Shown one piece after another: positions 1 to 11,875 of a stretch of 64,000 bases of DNA; the first letter of the stretch is position 1, and each line of letters starts with the position of its first letter. The DNA is taken from contig CAYUIQ010000010.1 of the NCBI GenBank assembly GCA_964444795.1, forward strand, positions 8,047 to 72,046, written 5' to 3'. The stretch is from an uncultured Planctomycetaceae bacterium (GTDB taxonomy: Bacteria; Planctomycetota; Planctomycetia; Pirellulales; Thermoguttaceae). Both the position numbers and the translations under genes were made by a program. A model generated the notes under the pieces. That model was not told the origin of the DNA. It did no database searches and saw nothing but the letters and a program-made list of their open reading frames with translations.

Positions 1-241
1 GGGGGAATCCGACGGGGGTGGAAAACGACTACCCGCTCGGTTCGACTGGGGGACAGTGACGTTTAGCGGCCCACCGCTTGGGGAAATGCGGCTGCGATGC
101 GATTGAGAAACAGCGTCTCCCTTTGTGCCCCCCCTTGTGCGGTCGTGGGTCGGAGGGTAGCGTGGTGCGGAGGATAGGGGCTGCGGACTACCCCCGGGGG
201 AGTTCGGCAAGACGGCCTGCCACTTTCAGGAGACCACACGC

Positions 242-970
242 ATGGATCTTACGAACAAAACGGCCCTGGTGACCGGTGGAGGAAGCGGCATCGGGTTGGG
301 AATCGCCCGGGCTCTGGCCGCCGCGGGATGCCGCGTTGCGATTGCCGGACGCAATCTTCAGCGGCTTCAAGAGGCCGCCGAAGACGACAGCCATCCCCCG
401 CTGCTGGTCCACGCGGTCGACGTGGCCGATCGTCAGGACGTCGACGGCTTACTGGCCTGGTCTCGCGAAGAACTCGGGCCGCTGGATATCCTCGTCAACA
501 GCGCGGGGATCAACGTTCCGAATCGGGCAATGGCCGAACTCGATCCCGAACAATGGGACCAGATGATCGCCATCAATCTGACCGGGGCCTACAATTGCAT
601 CCATGCCGTCCTGCCGGATATGCGAAGCCGCAAGTCGGGATGGATCGTCAACATCTCGTCGATCGCCGGCAAACGGGCCATGGCATTGGGTGGGGCGGGC
701 TACTGCGCATCGAAGTTCGGGATGGGCGCCCTGGGAACCACCGTCGGACTGGAAGAAAGGTCCCACGGCATTCACGTGACCAACATCTACCCGGGCGAAG
801 TCGACACGCCGATCCTTGAGAAACGCCCCACGCCCGTGCCCCAGGAGAAGCGAGCCGTGATGCTCAAGCCGGCGGATATCGCCGAAATGGTCGTCGCCGT
901 CGCCCGGCTGCATCCGCGGGCCGTGGTACCCGAACTGGTGATCACGCCGCTGTACCAGGAGTATGCGTAG
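242..970 (+). CDS. SDR family short-chain dehydrogenase/reductase
   Basis: 242-aa ORF with Rossmann motif TGGGSGIGLGIA, NSAG, and the catalytic Y-x3-K (YCASK) of classical SDRs. Confidence 0.9.
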   Translation: MDLTNKTALVTGGGSGIGLGIARALAAAGCRVAIAGRNLQRLQEAAEDDSHPPLLVHAVDVADRQDVDGLLAWSREELGPLDILVNSAGINVPNRAMAELDPEQWDQMIAINLTGAYNCIHAVLPDMRSRKSGWIVNISSIAGKRAMALGGAGYCASKFGMGALGTTVGLEERSHGIHVTNIYPGEVDTPILEKRPTPVPQEKRAVMLKPADIAEMVVAVARLHPRAVVPELVITPLYQEYA

Positions 971-1082
971 TGCCTTGTGGCCCCCAAATAGTACAAGAAC
1001 CGACAATCGCCGGGGAGAGTTCCCGCTACACGGTATCTCTTGCCCGGCGATTTCTTGGCCGCGGAGGATATTTCGCGAGCTC

Positions 1083-2399
1083 TCAGAACCCGTACTTGGC
1101 CATGAACTCCAGCCGGACCGATTCGCCGGGTCGCTTGCTGGAGTAAAGGGTTTTCCAGGACTGGGCCTCGAAGCCGAGTTTGAACTTCGGGGTCACGTCG
1201 TAGATCAGATTGGCGAAGAACATCTGATTGTAGATCCGGCCGCCGCCACTGGTTACGTGCGAATCTTGCGGATCGTCCAAACCGTAACCGAAGTGGCTGT
1301 GCCATTTCGGGTTCCAGTCGTACCACAGCTCGACCCAGCCGCCGCGCGAGTAGATCGTGTCGCGGCGGGTCGCGTCGACTCCTTGGATAATGCCGCCGAG
1401 GAATGTCGTCAGGTTTTCGCCGGCGAAGACCTCACCTTGAATTCCCATGCGCCGGAAAATGGGCCAGCGGAAATCGGCGTTCATCGACCAAGTGGACAGC
1501 GCTCGGTCGTCGACGGCCGGCGCGGCGTCGAAGTCGAAGATCTGCTCGCCCACGTGGCCCGACACGCCCAATTGAATCGGCCGGAAATTTTTTCCCCGCC
1601 GACCCAAGGTCAGTCCGCAACGCCCCTCAAGGACCGGCCAGCCGGCATGGTCCCCGGAAAATTGTGGGTTGGCCGCGGAGTCGGCGACCACGTCGGCGTT
1701 GATCGAACCCTGCAGGTCGACCTTCAGCGCGTCGGAGAAGGTCAAGTACCGTTCGCCGCGGATTTGGGCTCGCCGGTATCCGATGTTGCCGGCACCCCAA
1801 GCGACCGAATACATGATGCTGCCGGGCAGCAACGGCGAAATTACGTCCCAAGTCTGCCCCATCACCAGACGGTAATCGTCGTTCTTCACTTCCCAATACG
1901 CGTGCCGAAGCAGCACGCCCGGCTTGTTCTCCACGGCAAACGCACCGTGGAAATCGATCTCGATCTTACCGCCGCTCTTGGCACATCCGAAATTCCACAG
2001 ACGCGGGCCTTCGACGTTCAATCCCAATCGAGTGGCTCGGGCGTTGACGTGGAAGGCATCTTCACCTTGATCCTCGGCCGAAAACACGTACAGCGTGAAG
2101 TCGCCCGCGTTGCTGCGTTCGGTCTCGTACGCCACGTTGGCCCAAAGGAAGCCGTACGGCACGACCCTGAAATCGCCCTTGGTCCAGGCATACTTCTTCA
2201 TCTCTGCCCGCAACTCGTCCAGCGAATAGTGTGGGTTCTCCGCGGGCGAATCCAGCGCGCTGGTGAAACCGGTCGACTCCACTGTGGGCAAGTCGGCTAG
2301 TCCTTCGGTTCCGACTGCCGGCGCGGCTGGGTCTTGGGACATCGCTACCGCCGGGGTCAACATCGCCAGCGCGCACATCCATCGCAGAATGCTTCTCAT
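1083..2399 (-). CDS. putative outer-membrane beta-barrel (porin-like) protein
   Basis: The C-terminus ...EFMAKYGF has the terminal aromatic typical of OM barrels. The internal ATG at 2399 gives the signal peptide MRSILRWMCALAMLTPAVAMSQ. The body has an alternating hydrophobic strand pattern. The family was not recognised, and the track ORF extends to 2507. Confidence 0.6.
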   Translation of the reverse strand: MRSILRWMCALAMLTPAVAMSQDPAAPAVGTEGLADLPTVESTGFTSALDSPAENPHYSLDELRAEMKKYAWTKGDFRVVPYGFLWANVAYETERSNAGDFTLYVFSAEDQGEDAFHVNARATRLGLNVEGPRLWNFGCAKSGGKIEIDFHGAFAVENKPGVLLRHAYWEVKNDDYRLVMGQTWDVISPLLPGSIMYSVAWGAGNIGYRRAQIRGERYLTFSDALKVDLQGSINADVVADSAANPQFSGDHAGWPVLEGRCGLTLGRRGKNFRPIQLGVSGHVGEQIFDFDAAPAVDDRALSTWSMNADFRWPIFRRMGIQGEVFAGENLTTFLGGIIQGVDATRRDTIYSRGGWVELWYDWNPKWHSHFGYGLDDPQDSHVTSGGGRIYNQMFFANLIYDVTPKFKLGFEAQSWKTLYSSKRPGESVRLEFMAKYGF

Positions 2400-2861
2400 T
2401 TTTCTCGCATCCGTTCGAGGCAGGTCCAGCGGCGCAATGCGCTTCGGTCGGCGGAACCGGTTTCCCGGGCCGCCGATCGCGTCGCTCGTGGACTGAGGGT
2501 GGGCCAATCAATAACGTTATCGTCACCAGAACGCGCACACTTGACATAATACGCATAATACGGGCTTCAGAAAGAATGAGTACTGTCAGGAAAATAAGAT
2601 AAATACATAATTTGGATATTTTGGGAGTTCGGGATGTCACGGGCTCGTTCGAGCGGGTGTTGAATCTCCTTGTCGTGACAGCTTGGGCTGTCTAAAATTC
2701 CTCGCGGTCCATGCGAGTGGATCGCACGAAAACGGCCATGGATAGGGCTATCGTGTCGCGATTTGCCTGCCCGCCGCGTGTCGCCTTGAAAGTGCGGGCG
2801 ATCATACGGGCCTGTTTCTGCTTTTCCCCGGACTGCCTGACCCACTAGAGAGGACTCTCGC

Positions 2862-3149
2862 ATGTTCCATCGCCTTTCAGTCGTGCTGCTCGTCGGCCTG
2901 GCGACCGCGTGGAGCGCTTCGGTGGCCGAAGCGCACCGATCTCGGCGGAACTGCTGCTGTCGAGCGCCTGTTGCGATCGCTCAACTTCCGGCGGTGTCCA
3001 GAGAAGCCGTGCCGCAAAAAACCGTGCTCGAGGAAGCGGTACCTCCCTCGGCCGTCCAGGTTCGGGTGTACAAGCCGGTGATCCGCGTGTCGACACCGGC
3101 GCGATTCAGCTACTCCCAGTGGCACCGGGAATTCCGCGAAAGCCAATAG
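2862..3149 (+). CDS. small secreted hypothetical protein
   Basis: 95-aa ORF with a clear signal peptide (MFHRLSVVLLVGLATAWSASVAEA) and a GAGAGGA-like SD upstream. No homology recognised. Confidence 0.4.
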   Translation: MFHRLSVVLLVGLATAWSASVAEAHRSRRNCCCRAPVAIAQLPAVSREAVPQKTVLEEAVPPSAVQVRVYKPVIRVSTPARFSYSQWHREFRESQ

Positions 3150-3376
3150 CCACCGCGGAAGTCTCCCATCCGAGGCAAGGCCGCCCGCGGAAGGTCACGA
3201 ACCGGCCAATCCGGATTTTCGGAGATATTGTCCTCACCGATACCTCAGCGGCTCGGGTTCGGTGCCTCGCGCCCGGGATCCGGCGGGCAAGATTCCCTCA
3301 CCGACCCATTTCCGCTAGAATGGCGGTTCGATGATGGCTTCGTTCCATGAAAACAGCCGGTGGGTGAGAATAGTCG

Positions 3377-4648
3377 ATGCGAAATCTGGTGACGCTCGTA
3401 CTGGGAGGCGGTCGCGGCACGCGGCTCTATCCGTTGACGAAGTATCGGTCCAAACCGGCCGTGCCGCTAGCCGGCAAGTACCGGCTGATCGATATTCCGC
3501 TGTCCAACTGCATCCATAGCGGGCTGAACCGGATTTACGTGCTCACGCAGTTCAATTCGGTGAGCCTCCATCGCCATATCCGCAGCACCTACAACTTCGA
3601 CCCGTTCGATCGCGGGTTTGTCGAGATCCTCGCGGCCCAACAGACGCTGGCCAGTACCGACTGGTATCAGGGCACGGCCGACGCGGTGCGGCAGAACCTT
3701 CGATATCTTCAGCAGCCGGGCATCGAGTACGTGCTGATTCTCTCCGGCGATCAGCTCTACCGGATGGACTTTCGGCAGATGATTGCCACCCACCGGGAGT
3801 CGAAAGCCGACGTGACGATCGCCGCGGTGCCGGTGGCCCGGGAAGCGGCTTCGGGGCTGGGGATCATGCGGCTGGACGACTCCGGGCGTGTGGACGGGTT
3901 TCTCGAAAAGCCGAAGACCGACAAGGAGCTTTCGCACGTGCGGACCGATCCGGCGTGGATCGACGCCCGGGGGATTGAAAGCCGTGGGCGCGATTGCCTG
4001 GCCAGCATGGGCATCTACCTGTTCAATCGGGATGCGCTGGTCGACGTACTCGACAAGACGCCCTACCAGGACTTCGGCCGGGAGATCTTTCCCGCTTCGA
4101 TCCGCGCGCGACACGTCCAGGTCCACCTCTCCGACGGCTATTGGGAGGACATCGGAACGATCCGGTCGTTTTTCGAAGCGAACCTCGAGATGACGGCGAC
4201 CGAACCGCCCTTTTCGCTGATTTCGGACGACGGGCCGATTTACTCCCGAGCCCGTTTTCTCCCTCCTTCCCGGCTCGACGGCGCCACGGTCCGCGGAAGC
4301 CTGATGGCCGACGGCTGCCTGATCGATCGGGGCGTGACGATCGAGAATAGCGTCATCGGACTGCGTTGCGTCATCGGCCGCGACGTGGTGATCCGCAACT
4401 CGGTGCTGATGGGCAACGACTTCTACGAATCGCCCGACGACCGCAACGGCCACTCGCCGATCGGAATCGGTGCCGGCAGCCACATCGAAGACGCCATCAT
4501 CGACAAGAACTGCCGCATCGGCCTGGGCGCACGGATCGTCAACCGCCAGGGCGTCGACGCCACCGAGGAAACGGCCCACGGCATGATCCAGGACGGCATC
4601 GTCGTGGTCCCCAAAGGGGCGACGATCCCCGACGATTGGTCGCTGTAG
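3377..4648 (+). CDS. glgC: glucose-1-phosphate adenylyltransferase (plant/cyanobacterial-like paralog)
   Basis: GGGRGTRLYPLTKYRSKPAVPLAGKYRLIDIPLSNC nucleotidyltransferase motif plus a C-terminal left-handed beta-helix region. ATG at 3377. Confidence 0.9.
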   Translation: MRNLVTLVLGGGRGTRLYPLTKYRSKPAVPLAGKYRLIDIPLSNCIHSGLNRIYVLTQFNSVSLHRHIRSTYNFDPFDRGFVEILAAQQTLASTDWYQGTADAVRQNLRYLQQPGIEYVLILSGDQLYRMDFRQMIATHRESKADVTIAAVPVAREAASGLGIMRLDDSGRVDGFLEKPKTDKELSHVRTDPAWIDARGIESRGRDCLASMGIYLFNRDALVDVLDKTPYQDFGREIFPASIRARHVQVHLSDGYWEDIGTIRSFFEANLEMTATEPPFSLISDDGPIYSRARFLPPSRLDGATVRGSLMADGCLIDRGVTIENSVIGLRCVIGRDVVIRNSVLMGNDFYESPDDRNGHSPIGIGAGSHIEDAIIDKNCRIGLGARIVNRQGVDATEETAHGMIQDGIVVVPKGATIPDDWSL

Positions 4649-4794
4649 GACGCCGGGCTTCATCCCCGGCCCAACCGGCACGACCGCTGCAATCCCTCTC
4701 CGAGACGCGTCCCATGGGGACACTCCGTAACCTACATTTGCGCTGAGCGGCGGTATGCGCCGTCGTCAACCGTCTTCGGAGATCGTTTGAGACG

Positions 4795-7644
4795 TTGCCC
4801 ATGAACGACCTTGTGCTGGAGAGTGTTCGCGCCATCGTTCTCGCCGGAGCGTGCGCGTTTCTTTGGCGTCAGGGACGCAAGCGGAGCGACCTTTTGCGCC
4901 GGGGGTGGAATTGGATCCTCGGCGGATTCGGCCTGCTGCTGCTGGCCAGCCTGCTGGACGTCACCGACAACTTCGAGTCGCTCAACCGGTTCGTTGTCGT
5001 CGGCGATACACCGGTCCAGGCGTTCCTCGAAAAACTGGTGGGGTATCTGGGAGGGTTTATTGTCCTGTTGGTGGGCCTCGTTCGTTGGATCCCCACCGTT
5101 ACGTCCCACGAAAAAATACTGCAAGGCGAACGGCGATTTCGCGCGATTACCGAGAATACGACCGATCTGACGGTCATCCTCGGCGAGGATGGAACGTATC
5201 GTTATGCCAGCCCCTCGATCGACAAGACCTCCGGGTATTCGGTCGCCGAGGTTGTCGGCGCACGACCCACCGATTTTCTCCACCCCGAAGACGAACAGGC
5301 GGTGATGGAAACCGCCCGTCGGGCCCTTGCACATCCCAACACACCAGTGGAGATCAAGCCCTTCCGCGTCCTTCATCGCCAGGGTCACTATTTCTGGCTG
5401 GACGGCATCGCCGTCGGCATGCCCGACGTGCCGGGAGTCGAGGGCGTGGTGATAAACTGCCAAGACGTCACGGCCCGCCTCCGGGCGGAAGAAGAGTTAC
5501 GCTACCGCGACGATTTCCAACAGATCGTTACGGCAATTTCCTCCGAATTCGTGCGGCTTGTGCCCGAGGAAATCGGCGACGGGATTGACCGAGCACTGGC
5601 GACAATCGGTCGATTCACCGACGTCGATCGGAGCTACGTGTTCCTGCTGCGCGACGACCGCGAAACGCTCGACAATACGCACGAATGGTGCGCCGCGGGA
5701 ATCGAACCGCAAATCGACAGTCTTCAGGGGATCCCGCTGGACGAGGGGTTGCCTTGGTTTGCCAAGAGAATTCGGGCCTGCCGGGACGTGCATATTCCTT
5801 CCGTCGCGGCGCTTCCGCCGGAGGCCGCGGTCGAGAAGGAGCATTTCCAGCGACAGGCTATTCGCTCTCTGGTCGTCGTTCCCCTGATCGGCGGCCATCG
5901 CTTGAAGGGATTTCTCGGGTTCGATTCGGTGCGGGCGGAGAAGGAGTGGCCCGTCGAGATCGTCGCGCTGCTGCGGATCGTGGGGGAAGTCTTCACCAAC
6001 TCGCTGGAGCGAAAGCGAACCGAAGAGGAACTGGCCGAAAGCGAGAAGCGATACCGTCTTCTTGCCGAGAAATCGAGCGACGTGATCTGGACGTCCGACC
6101 TGGAGATGAACTGGAGCTACATCAGCCCGTCGATCGAGCGGTTGTGTGGCTACACGGTGGAAGAAGCGATGGCCCGGCCGATCCACCAGATGCTGACTCC
6201 CGCCTCGGCCATGCGCGCGATGGAAACGCTTCGAGAATTGCTCCAGACCGTTGCCGACGATCCGAGCAAAGTGTCGGAGCCGGTCACCGTGGAGGTCGAA
6301 TTCATCTGCAAGGACGGAGCGACCGTCTGGACGGAAGTCAATGCGTCGCTGGTCTGCGATGAAAACGGTAGTCTGGTCGGTTTGCTGGGAGCCGCACGGA
6401 ATATTGCCCAGCGGAAGCAGGCCGAGACGGAACTGGCCGAGGCCAAGAACGCGGCCGAAAAAGCCAATCTGGCCAAGAGCCAATTCCTGGCCAACATGAG
6501 CCACGAAATCCGCACACCCATGACGGCCATCCTCGGATTCGCCGATTTGCTGCACGAGAACACCGTGAAACCCGAAAACGTCGCCGCGGTGGATACGATT
6601 CGCCGAAACGGAGACTACCTCCTCGAGTTGATCAACAACATCCTCGACCTCTCCAAGATCGAGGCGGGCAAACTGGAAATCCAGCGCGTGCGGTGCTCGC
6701 CCCTTGAGATCCTCTCGGAAGTGGCCTCGTTGATGAAGGTCAGGGCCGACGCAAAAGGCCTCTCGCTGGCGCTCCAATGCCAGGGCTCGATCCCCCGGAC
6801 CATCGAGACCGACCCCGTGCGGCTGAGGCAGATTCTCATCAACCTCGTGGGAAACGCCGTCAAGTTCACCGAAGTGGGAGGCGTTCTGGTCGTCGTCCGC
6901 CTGACCGACGACTCCATTGGCAAGGCAAACCTGCGGATCGAGGTTTCCGATACGGGCATCGGCATGAACGGGGAGCAAACCGAAAAACTCTTCCAGCCGT
7001 TTGTTCAGGCGGATACATCCGCGACGCGAAGATTCGGCGGCACCGGACTGGGATTGACCATCAGCAGACGGCTCGCGCATATCCTCGGCGGCGACATCCG
7101 TGCCCAGAGCGAGCCGGGCATGGGCAGCACCTTCACCGTCGACGTGTCGCCCGGGCCGCTGGTGGGCGTGGCCATGACCGACCGTTTCCCCAAGGCCGAA
7201 TCGACACGCACGCCGGCCGAGACTTTCGATCTCACCGCAGACGTTGTCCTGAACTGCCGGATCCTGCTGGCCGAGGACGGTCCCGACAATCAACGGCTAA
7301 TCTCGTTCTTATTGAGAAAGGCCGGGGCCGACGTCGTCATGGCCGAAAACGGACGCGTCGCGGTCGAGTGCGTCGGGCGGGCGCAAGCCGACGGAAGACC
7401 GTTCGATCTGGTGTTGATGGACATGCAGATGCCCGCGGTCGATGGGTATCAGGCCACCGAGAGACTTCGCGCCGACGGGTGTACGGTTCCGATCATTGCC
7501 CTGACCGCCCACGCCATGGCCGGAGACCGGCAGAAATGTCTCCAAGCCGGCTGCAACGACTATCTGACCAAACCGATCGATCGGAGCGAGTTCCTGCTCA
7601 TGATCGCGCGGTACACCCACACCGCGGACTCGCGATCCACCTGA
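4795..7644 (+). CDS. hybrid sensor histidine kinase/response regulator (TM-PAS-GAF-PAS-HisKA-HATPase-REC)
   Basis: N-terminal TM helices; PAS-like blocks; H-box [14 protein letters not shown]; HATPase [12 protein letters not shown]; C-terminal receiver ([11 protein letters not shown]...[10 protein letters not shown]...LTAHAM). The track start at 4795 is TTG; the first ATG is at 4801. Confidence 0.9.
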   Translation: MPMNDLVLESVRAIVLAGACAFLWRQGRKRSDLLRRGWNWILGGFGLLLLASLLDVTDNFESLNRFVVVGDTPVQAFLEKLVGYLGGFIVLLVGLVRWIPTVTSHEKILQGERRFRAITENTTDLTVILGEDGTYRYASPSIDKTSGYSVAEVVGARPTDFLHPEDEQAVMETARRALAHPNTPVEIKPFRVLHRQGHYFWLDGIAVGMPDVPGVEGVVINCQDVTARLRAEEELRYRDDFQQIVTAISSEFVRLVPEEIGDGIDRALATIGRFTDVDRSYVFLLRDDRETLDNTHEWCAAGIEPQIDSLQGIPLDEGLPWFAKRIRACRDVHIPSVAALPPEAAVEKEHFQRQAIRSLVVVPLIGGHRLKGFLGFDSVRAEKEWPVEIVALLRIVGEVFTNSLERKRTEEELAESEKRYRLLAEKSSDVIWTSDLEMNWSYISPSIERLCGYTVEEAMARPIHQMLTPASAMRAMETLRELLQTVADDPSKVSEPVTVEVEFICKDGATVWTEVNASLVCDENGSLVGLLGAARNIAQRKQAETELAEAKNAAEKANLAKSQFLANMSHEIRTPMTAILGFADLLHENTVKPENVAAVDTIRRNGDYLLELINNILDLSKIEAGKLEIQRVRCSPLEILSEVASLMKVRADAKGLSLALQCQGSIPRTIETDPVRLRQILINLVGNAVKFTEVGGVLVVVRLTDDSIGKANLRIEVSDTGIGMNGEQTEKLFQPFVQADTSATRRFGGTGLGLTISRRLAHILGGDIRAQSEPGMGSTFTVDVSPGPLVGVAMTDRFPKAESTRTPAETFDLTADVVLNCRILLAEDGPDNQRLISFLLRKAGADVVMAENGRVAVECVGRAQADGRPFDLVLMDMQMPAVDGYQATERLRADGCTVPIIALTAHAMAGDRQKCLQAGCNDYLTKPIDRSEFLLMIARYTHTADSRST

Positions 7645-7759
7645 CAGCAATCGCGAGAGATCGAGCGGGCCTTGCCGCCCGGTTTGAATTTCTCGGCCCG
7701 TTCGGCTAGGCTGGGGGCATCGAAGTCGTCCGACCTTGCCGATCCGGGAGATTCTGGCC

Positions 7760-9712
7760 ATGCGAACTTCAGCCCGAGGGGTTCTGCTCGTCTCGATCGT
7801 TTTGCTATGTGCCGGCGTCGTGTGCATCTGTCCACCGAGCGCTCCGGCGGCTCCGCCGCGCGGGGCTTCCTTGCAGGCGCTGTTTGCCGCGCGGGGGGAA
7901 GATGCCAAGGCGGCGATTTTCATCAAGATGCGCAACTCGCTGGCACCGGTCGATACGCTGACCATCGTACAACGGGAAACGTCGCCCTGGATCGCCGGAA
8001 TGGCGGTCGGTGTCTACCTGAAATCGGCCAAGGTCGACCCCACACAGGCGGCCGTCATCCTCAACACGTTTTCCCAAAGGCCGGGCAGTCTCGCACTGGC
8101 GGCCACGCTGGGCGCCGCCAGTGGCCAAGTCACGCCGATCACCGAGCAACTTCTCCAGTTGCCGCAAGATCGGTCGTCGCGGCCCAAACTGCTGGCCGCG
8201 CTGATGCTGGCCACGTATGTCCGCATGGCAGCCGACGGTGCCCTCAGCCGCACTTCCCAATCGGCCCCGGCCGTAGTTCCCGCCGTGGCGCCTGCCGACG
8301 GCGAGCCGGTCGAGTCGGATTTCGTGGTCCCGGGCGCAGGCGCTGCGCCGGACGACGCGAAGAAGGGGGTCGGGAAAAAGGGCCCGAAGAAAGGCGCGGG
8401 CAAGAAGGGCGGCAACAGCGGCCGCGTGCCCCTGGTCGGTCGAGTCAAACTCGAACCGCTGCTGACGACCCTCTTGGCCGAGAAAGACGCCGATATCCTC
8501 GAAGCGACCGTCCTTGCCGCGGCCTGGATGCGCGCCGCCAGTGTCAAGGACGCAATCCTCGCACTGGACGCGACTCGCGAGCCGGGCGTCCAAGGTGCCC
8601 GGCTGCTCTACATGGCCAAGTTGAAGCTCGACGTACCCGAGACGCTGATCGAGGAAGTGTTCACCTCCCGCCCCCGTCCGGCTCCCGAGTTTTCCCGGCT
8701 GTCGCCCGGCCTGTCGTACTACGACGTGCGCACTTCGGCCCTGGGCTACGGCTGCGAGGCGCTGGGGGAACTGGGTGAGGAGAAATATCTCGACAAGCTG
8801 CACGACGCGCTGTTGGATCGCGATCTCCGCGTCCAGATCGAGGCGGCCAAGGCGCTGGAGAAGATCGGCGCGGCCGAGTCGCTGGAGCCGCTGTTGGAGA
8901 AGGTCCGCTCGTATCGCACTCCGTGGCCCGTGCTCGTCTCGGTTCTCTCGGCCGTCGGTGCGATTCCCGACGAGCGGTCGATTCCCGTGTTGATCGAGCG
9001 GTTGGAAAAGGAGACCGGCCGCTTTCGCCTCGACGTCAACTATGCCCTGGCTTCGATCGCCGGCGATCAGGTGGCCGGCACGCTGGACGATTGGAAGGCC
9101 TGGTGGGAGCAGAACAAGGCCGTCTTCACCGTTGATCCTCAGGCCACGGCCGCGTTTCGCAGGCAGTTCCGCGTGCAAGACATGCGGGTGCCCTCGCTGG
9201 GGTCGTTTTACGACATGGAGATCTACAGCGACCGGTGCGTCTTCGTGCTCGATACGTCGGCCTCGATGAGGGGCGACAAGATCGTTTCGCTCAAAGAGAA
9301 CCTGATCAAGACGTTTACCACGCTGAACGAGATCGTCCGTTTCAACGTGATCGATTTCGGCGGGCCGATCGCGCTGATGAAACCGGGCGGGCTGATCACC
9401 GCCGCGGAGATCCCGCAGGTCGTGCGGCAAGTTGCCTACATGAAACTCACCCTCGGTACCCGATCGTACGACGCCATGGAACTGGGGATGATGCTCCCGG
9501 GGGTCGATACGATCATCTTCCTTTCCGACGGAGCTCCGGTGGCCGGCAAGTTCGACGTCTGGTCGCGGGTGGTTGCCGGTTTTCACATCTACAACCGCTA
9601 CCGCCCGATCGCCATCTGGACCCTCGAATTCGGCGCCGGCGGCTCGAACCTCGCCTGGATGGAAGAACTCTCGGCCAAGAACTTCGGCAAGAGCAGTTCG
9701 CCGGTGCCCTGA
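7760..9712 (+). CDS. secreted HEAT-repeat protein with C-terminal von Willebrand factor A-like domain
   Basis: ATG at 7760 gives the signal peptide [26 protein letters not shown]-like repeats ([24 protein letters not shown]). VWA MIDAS-like [14 protein letters not shown]. The track ORF starts at TTG 7736. Confidence 0.7.
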   Translation: MRTSARGVLLVSIVLLCAGVVCICPPSAPAAPPRGASLQALFAARGEDAKAAIFIKMRNSLAPVDTLTIVQRETSPWIAGMAVGVYLKSAKVDPTQAAVILNTFSQRPGSLALAATLGAASGQVTPITEQLLQLPQDRSSRPKLLAALMLATYVRMAADGALSRTSQSAPAVVPAVAPADGEPVESDFVVPGAGAAPDDAKKGVGKKGPKKGAGKKGGNSGRVPLVGRVKLEPLLTTLLAEKDADILEATVLAAAWMRAASVKDAILALDATREPGVQGARLLYMAKLKLDVPETLIEEVFTSRPRPAPEFSRLSPGLSYYDVRTSALGYGCEALGELGEEKYLDKLHDALLDRDLRVQIEAAKALEKIGAAESLEPLLEKVRSYRTPWPVLVSVLSAVGAIPDERSIPVLIERLEKETGRFRLDVNYALASIAGDQVAGTLDDWKAWWEQNKAVFTVDPQATAAFRRQFRVQDMRVPSLGSFYDMEIYSDRCVFVLDTSASMRGDKIVSLKENLIKTFTTLNEIVRFNVIDFGGPIALMKPGGLITAAEIPQVVRQVAYMKLTLGTRSYDAMELGMMLPGVDTIIFLSDGAPVAGKFDVWSRVVAGFHIYNRYRPIAIWTLEFGAGGSNLAWMEELSAKNFGKSSSPVP

Positions 9713-9788
9713 AGTGCCGGCATGTCGTTCAGCGGAGATGCAAACATTTCGCCTCAGAAGGTCAAGCCATCGTACAGGAGAATCCCTT

Positions 9789-11216
9789 ATGCGTCGAGCA
9801 ATCCTACCCATCGCCCTCGCGTTGCTCTTTATCGGTACGACCGCCTGGTGTGCCGAGCCCGCCGGCGACCGGCCCAACATCATCTACATCATGGCCGACG
9901 ACCTGGGGTATGCCGAGGTCGGATGCTACGGACAGAAGAAGATCCGCACGCCGAGCCTCGATCGCATGGCCGCCGAGGGGATCCGCTTCACGCAACATTA
10001 CTGCGGCGCTCCCGTCTGTGCGCCGTCGCGATGCGTGCTGATGACCGGCAAGCACCTCGGACACGCCTTCATCCGCAACAACCGGGAGGTGAAGCCGGAA
10101 GGCCAGTTCCCGATCCCCGACGAAACGATCACCGTGGCCGAGATTCTCAAAACACGCGGTTATGCCACCGGATGCATGGGCAAATGGGGACTGGGCCCTC
10201 AGGGCAGCCCGGGCGACCCCAACCGCCAGGGGTTCGATCATTTCTTCGGATACAACTGCCAACGCCACGCCCACAACTTCTATCCCCGATACCTGTGGCG
10301 CAACGACAAGCGGATACCGATGGAAGGCAACGACCGCGGGCTAACCGGCAAACAATACTCCCACGATCTGTTGACCGACGAGGCGCTTTGGTTCATTCGC
10401 GAGAATAAAGACGGACCGTTTTTCCTTTACGTGCCCTACACGATCCCGCATCTGGCGATCCAGGTGCCCGACGATTCGCTGGCCGAGTACAAGGGCAAAT
10501 GGCCCGACCCGCCGTACACGGGCGGACACGGTTACCTGCCGCATCCGGCTCCCCGGGCGGGTTACGCGGCCATGGTGACCCGGATGGACCGCGACATCGG
10601 CCGCATCCTCGCCCTGGTCAAGGAACTCGGCCTGGACTCCAACACGTTGGTGATGTTTACCTCGGACAACGGCCCCACGTACGATCGGCTGGGCGGCTCC
10701 GATTCCGATTTCTTCGAGAGCGCCGGTCCGTTTCGCGGGCTCAAGGGGAGCGCGTATGAGGGGGGTATTCGCGTGCCGATGATCGCCCGATGGCCGGGCA
10801 AGATCGAACCGGGGGCCGTGACCGACCATCTGTCGGCCTTCTGGGACGTCATGCCGACAGTCGCGGAGGTGGCCGGCGCGCAGGCGCCGGACGACACCGA
10901 CGGGATCAGCTTCCTGCCCACGCTCTTGGGCACCGAAGAGCAGAAGCCGCACGAATTTCTCCTCTGGGAGTTTCACGGCTACGGCGGTCAACAGGCGGTG
11001 CGCATCGACCGCTTCAAGGGCATCCGCACCAAGTGTTATCAGAACCCCGACGGCCCGATGGAACTCTACGACCTGAAAAACGACATCGGCGAGACGACCA
11101 ACGTCGCCGCCGACCACCCCGAGATCGTCGAAAAGATGGACCGTCTATTGCGCGACGAGCACACCGACTCGCCGCTGTGGGATTTCAATCGCGCGAAGCG
11201 ACCGAAGCCGCGGTAG
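9789..11216 (+). CDS. arylsulfatase (type I sulfatase, formylglycine-dependent)
   Basis: Signal peptide [21 protein letters not shown], then [12 protein letters not shown] and the sulfatase signature C-A-P-S-R ([13 protein letters not shown]). The in-frame ATG at 9789 removes an implausible 72-aa leader from the track ORF. Confidence 0.9.
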   Translation: MRRAILPIALALLFIGTTAWCAEPAGDRPNIIYIMADDLGYAEVGCYGQKKIRTPSLDRMAAEGIRFTQHYCGAPVCAPSRCVLMTGKHLGHAFIRNNREVKPEGQFPIPDETITVAEILKTRGYATGCMGKWGLGPQGSPGDPNRQGFDHFFGYNCQRHAHNFYPRYLWRNDKRIPMEGNDRGLTGKQYSHDLLTDEALWFIRENKDGPFFLYVPYTIPHLAIQVPDDSLAEYKGKWPDPPYTGGHGYLPHPAPRAGYAAMVTRMDRDIGRILALVKELGLDSNTLVMFTSDNGPTYDRLGGSDSDFFESAGPFRGLKGSAYEGGIRVPMIARWPGKIEPGAVTDHLSAFWDVMPTVAEVAGAQAPDDTDGISFLPTLLGTEEQKPHEFLLWEFHGYGGQQAVRIDRFKGIRTKCYQNPDGPMELYDLKNDIGETTNVAADHPEIVEKMDRLLRDEHTDSPLWDFNRAKRPKPR

Positions 11217-11240
11217 TTGTGGTTTGGGCACTTGTGCCAG

Positions 11241-11849
11241 TCAAAAGGATCGTTGGGCGACAACACGCGACTTCAGGTGATTGCAGCGGAGATCTTTCGT
11301 TACCTCTACGCTGCTATCATCAGCCTGGTAGTTGAGAATATCAGCGTGGTTTTCCGTAACCCTCTGGCAGTTCTCTCTGGCACCTTCTGCAATCTGATTC
11401 GCCGGAAGCCGAGCAAGAATGGCCAATTCACCGAGGATCTGCCATGCGGGGAACACTCGCAAGCGATTCTCGCCTTCCCAGAACCTCGCCAGGATCTTGG
11501 CTATCAGTTCCGAGAGCTGCTCTTGCGAGCCGGTCAAATTGGCGTGTCTCTGATCGACGTCATTGACGCCGGTATCACCATATGCGTCTCCATCAATCCC
11601 AATGCCTGCCTGATCGCAGTCATCTCGCGTGAGACACACCCCAAATAGCTTCTCGGATTTCTTTGGGCAGTTTGTTTGAAAGAAGGCGGCAACACTCCGC
11701 AGTTTCTCGACTTCGCTATCCACGGCGAACACGCTTACCGAAAGGTCACTCTTCTTGACTCCCGCATCGAAGTATTTCAGTAACACCCCGAGTGATGGCT
11801 CGTTTCCGTACCAGCTCCCGGGGTTGCCTGAAAAAATGCGCAGATACAT
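11241..11849 (-). CDS. hypothetical protein (third gene of low-GC three-gene operon)
   Basis: 202-aa ORF with ATG at 11849, 26 nt downstream of the preceding gene. Local GC is clearly lower (28/60 in line 11281-11340). No motif recognised. Confidence 0.6.
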   Translation of the reverse strand: MYLRIFSGNPGSWYGNEPSLGVLLKYFDAGVKKSDLSVSVFAVDSEVEKLRSVAAFFQTNCPKKSEKLFGVCLTRDDCDQAGIGIDGDAYGDTGVNDVDQRHANLTGSQEQLSELIAKILARFWEGENRLRVFPAWQILGELAILARLPANQIAEGARENCQRVTENHADILNYQADDSSVEVTKDLRCNHLKSRVVAQRSF

Positions 11850-11875
11850 AAAGCCACTACCCCGGGTCGAAGATC

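Noticed and set aside
9573-9788. Long N-terminal extensions in track ORFs (sulfatase 9573, ABC ATPase to 16679, permease to 19101, SBP to 20482, glgC2 to 26648, lutC 22508, trpB2 55950, Skp-like to 43112).
   Set aside because: In-frame internal starts give proper signal peptides or family-typical N-termini. They often produce ATGA/GTGA start-stop overlaps with the upstream gene. The extensions are low-complexity and overlap neighbouring genes.
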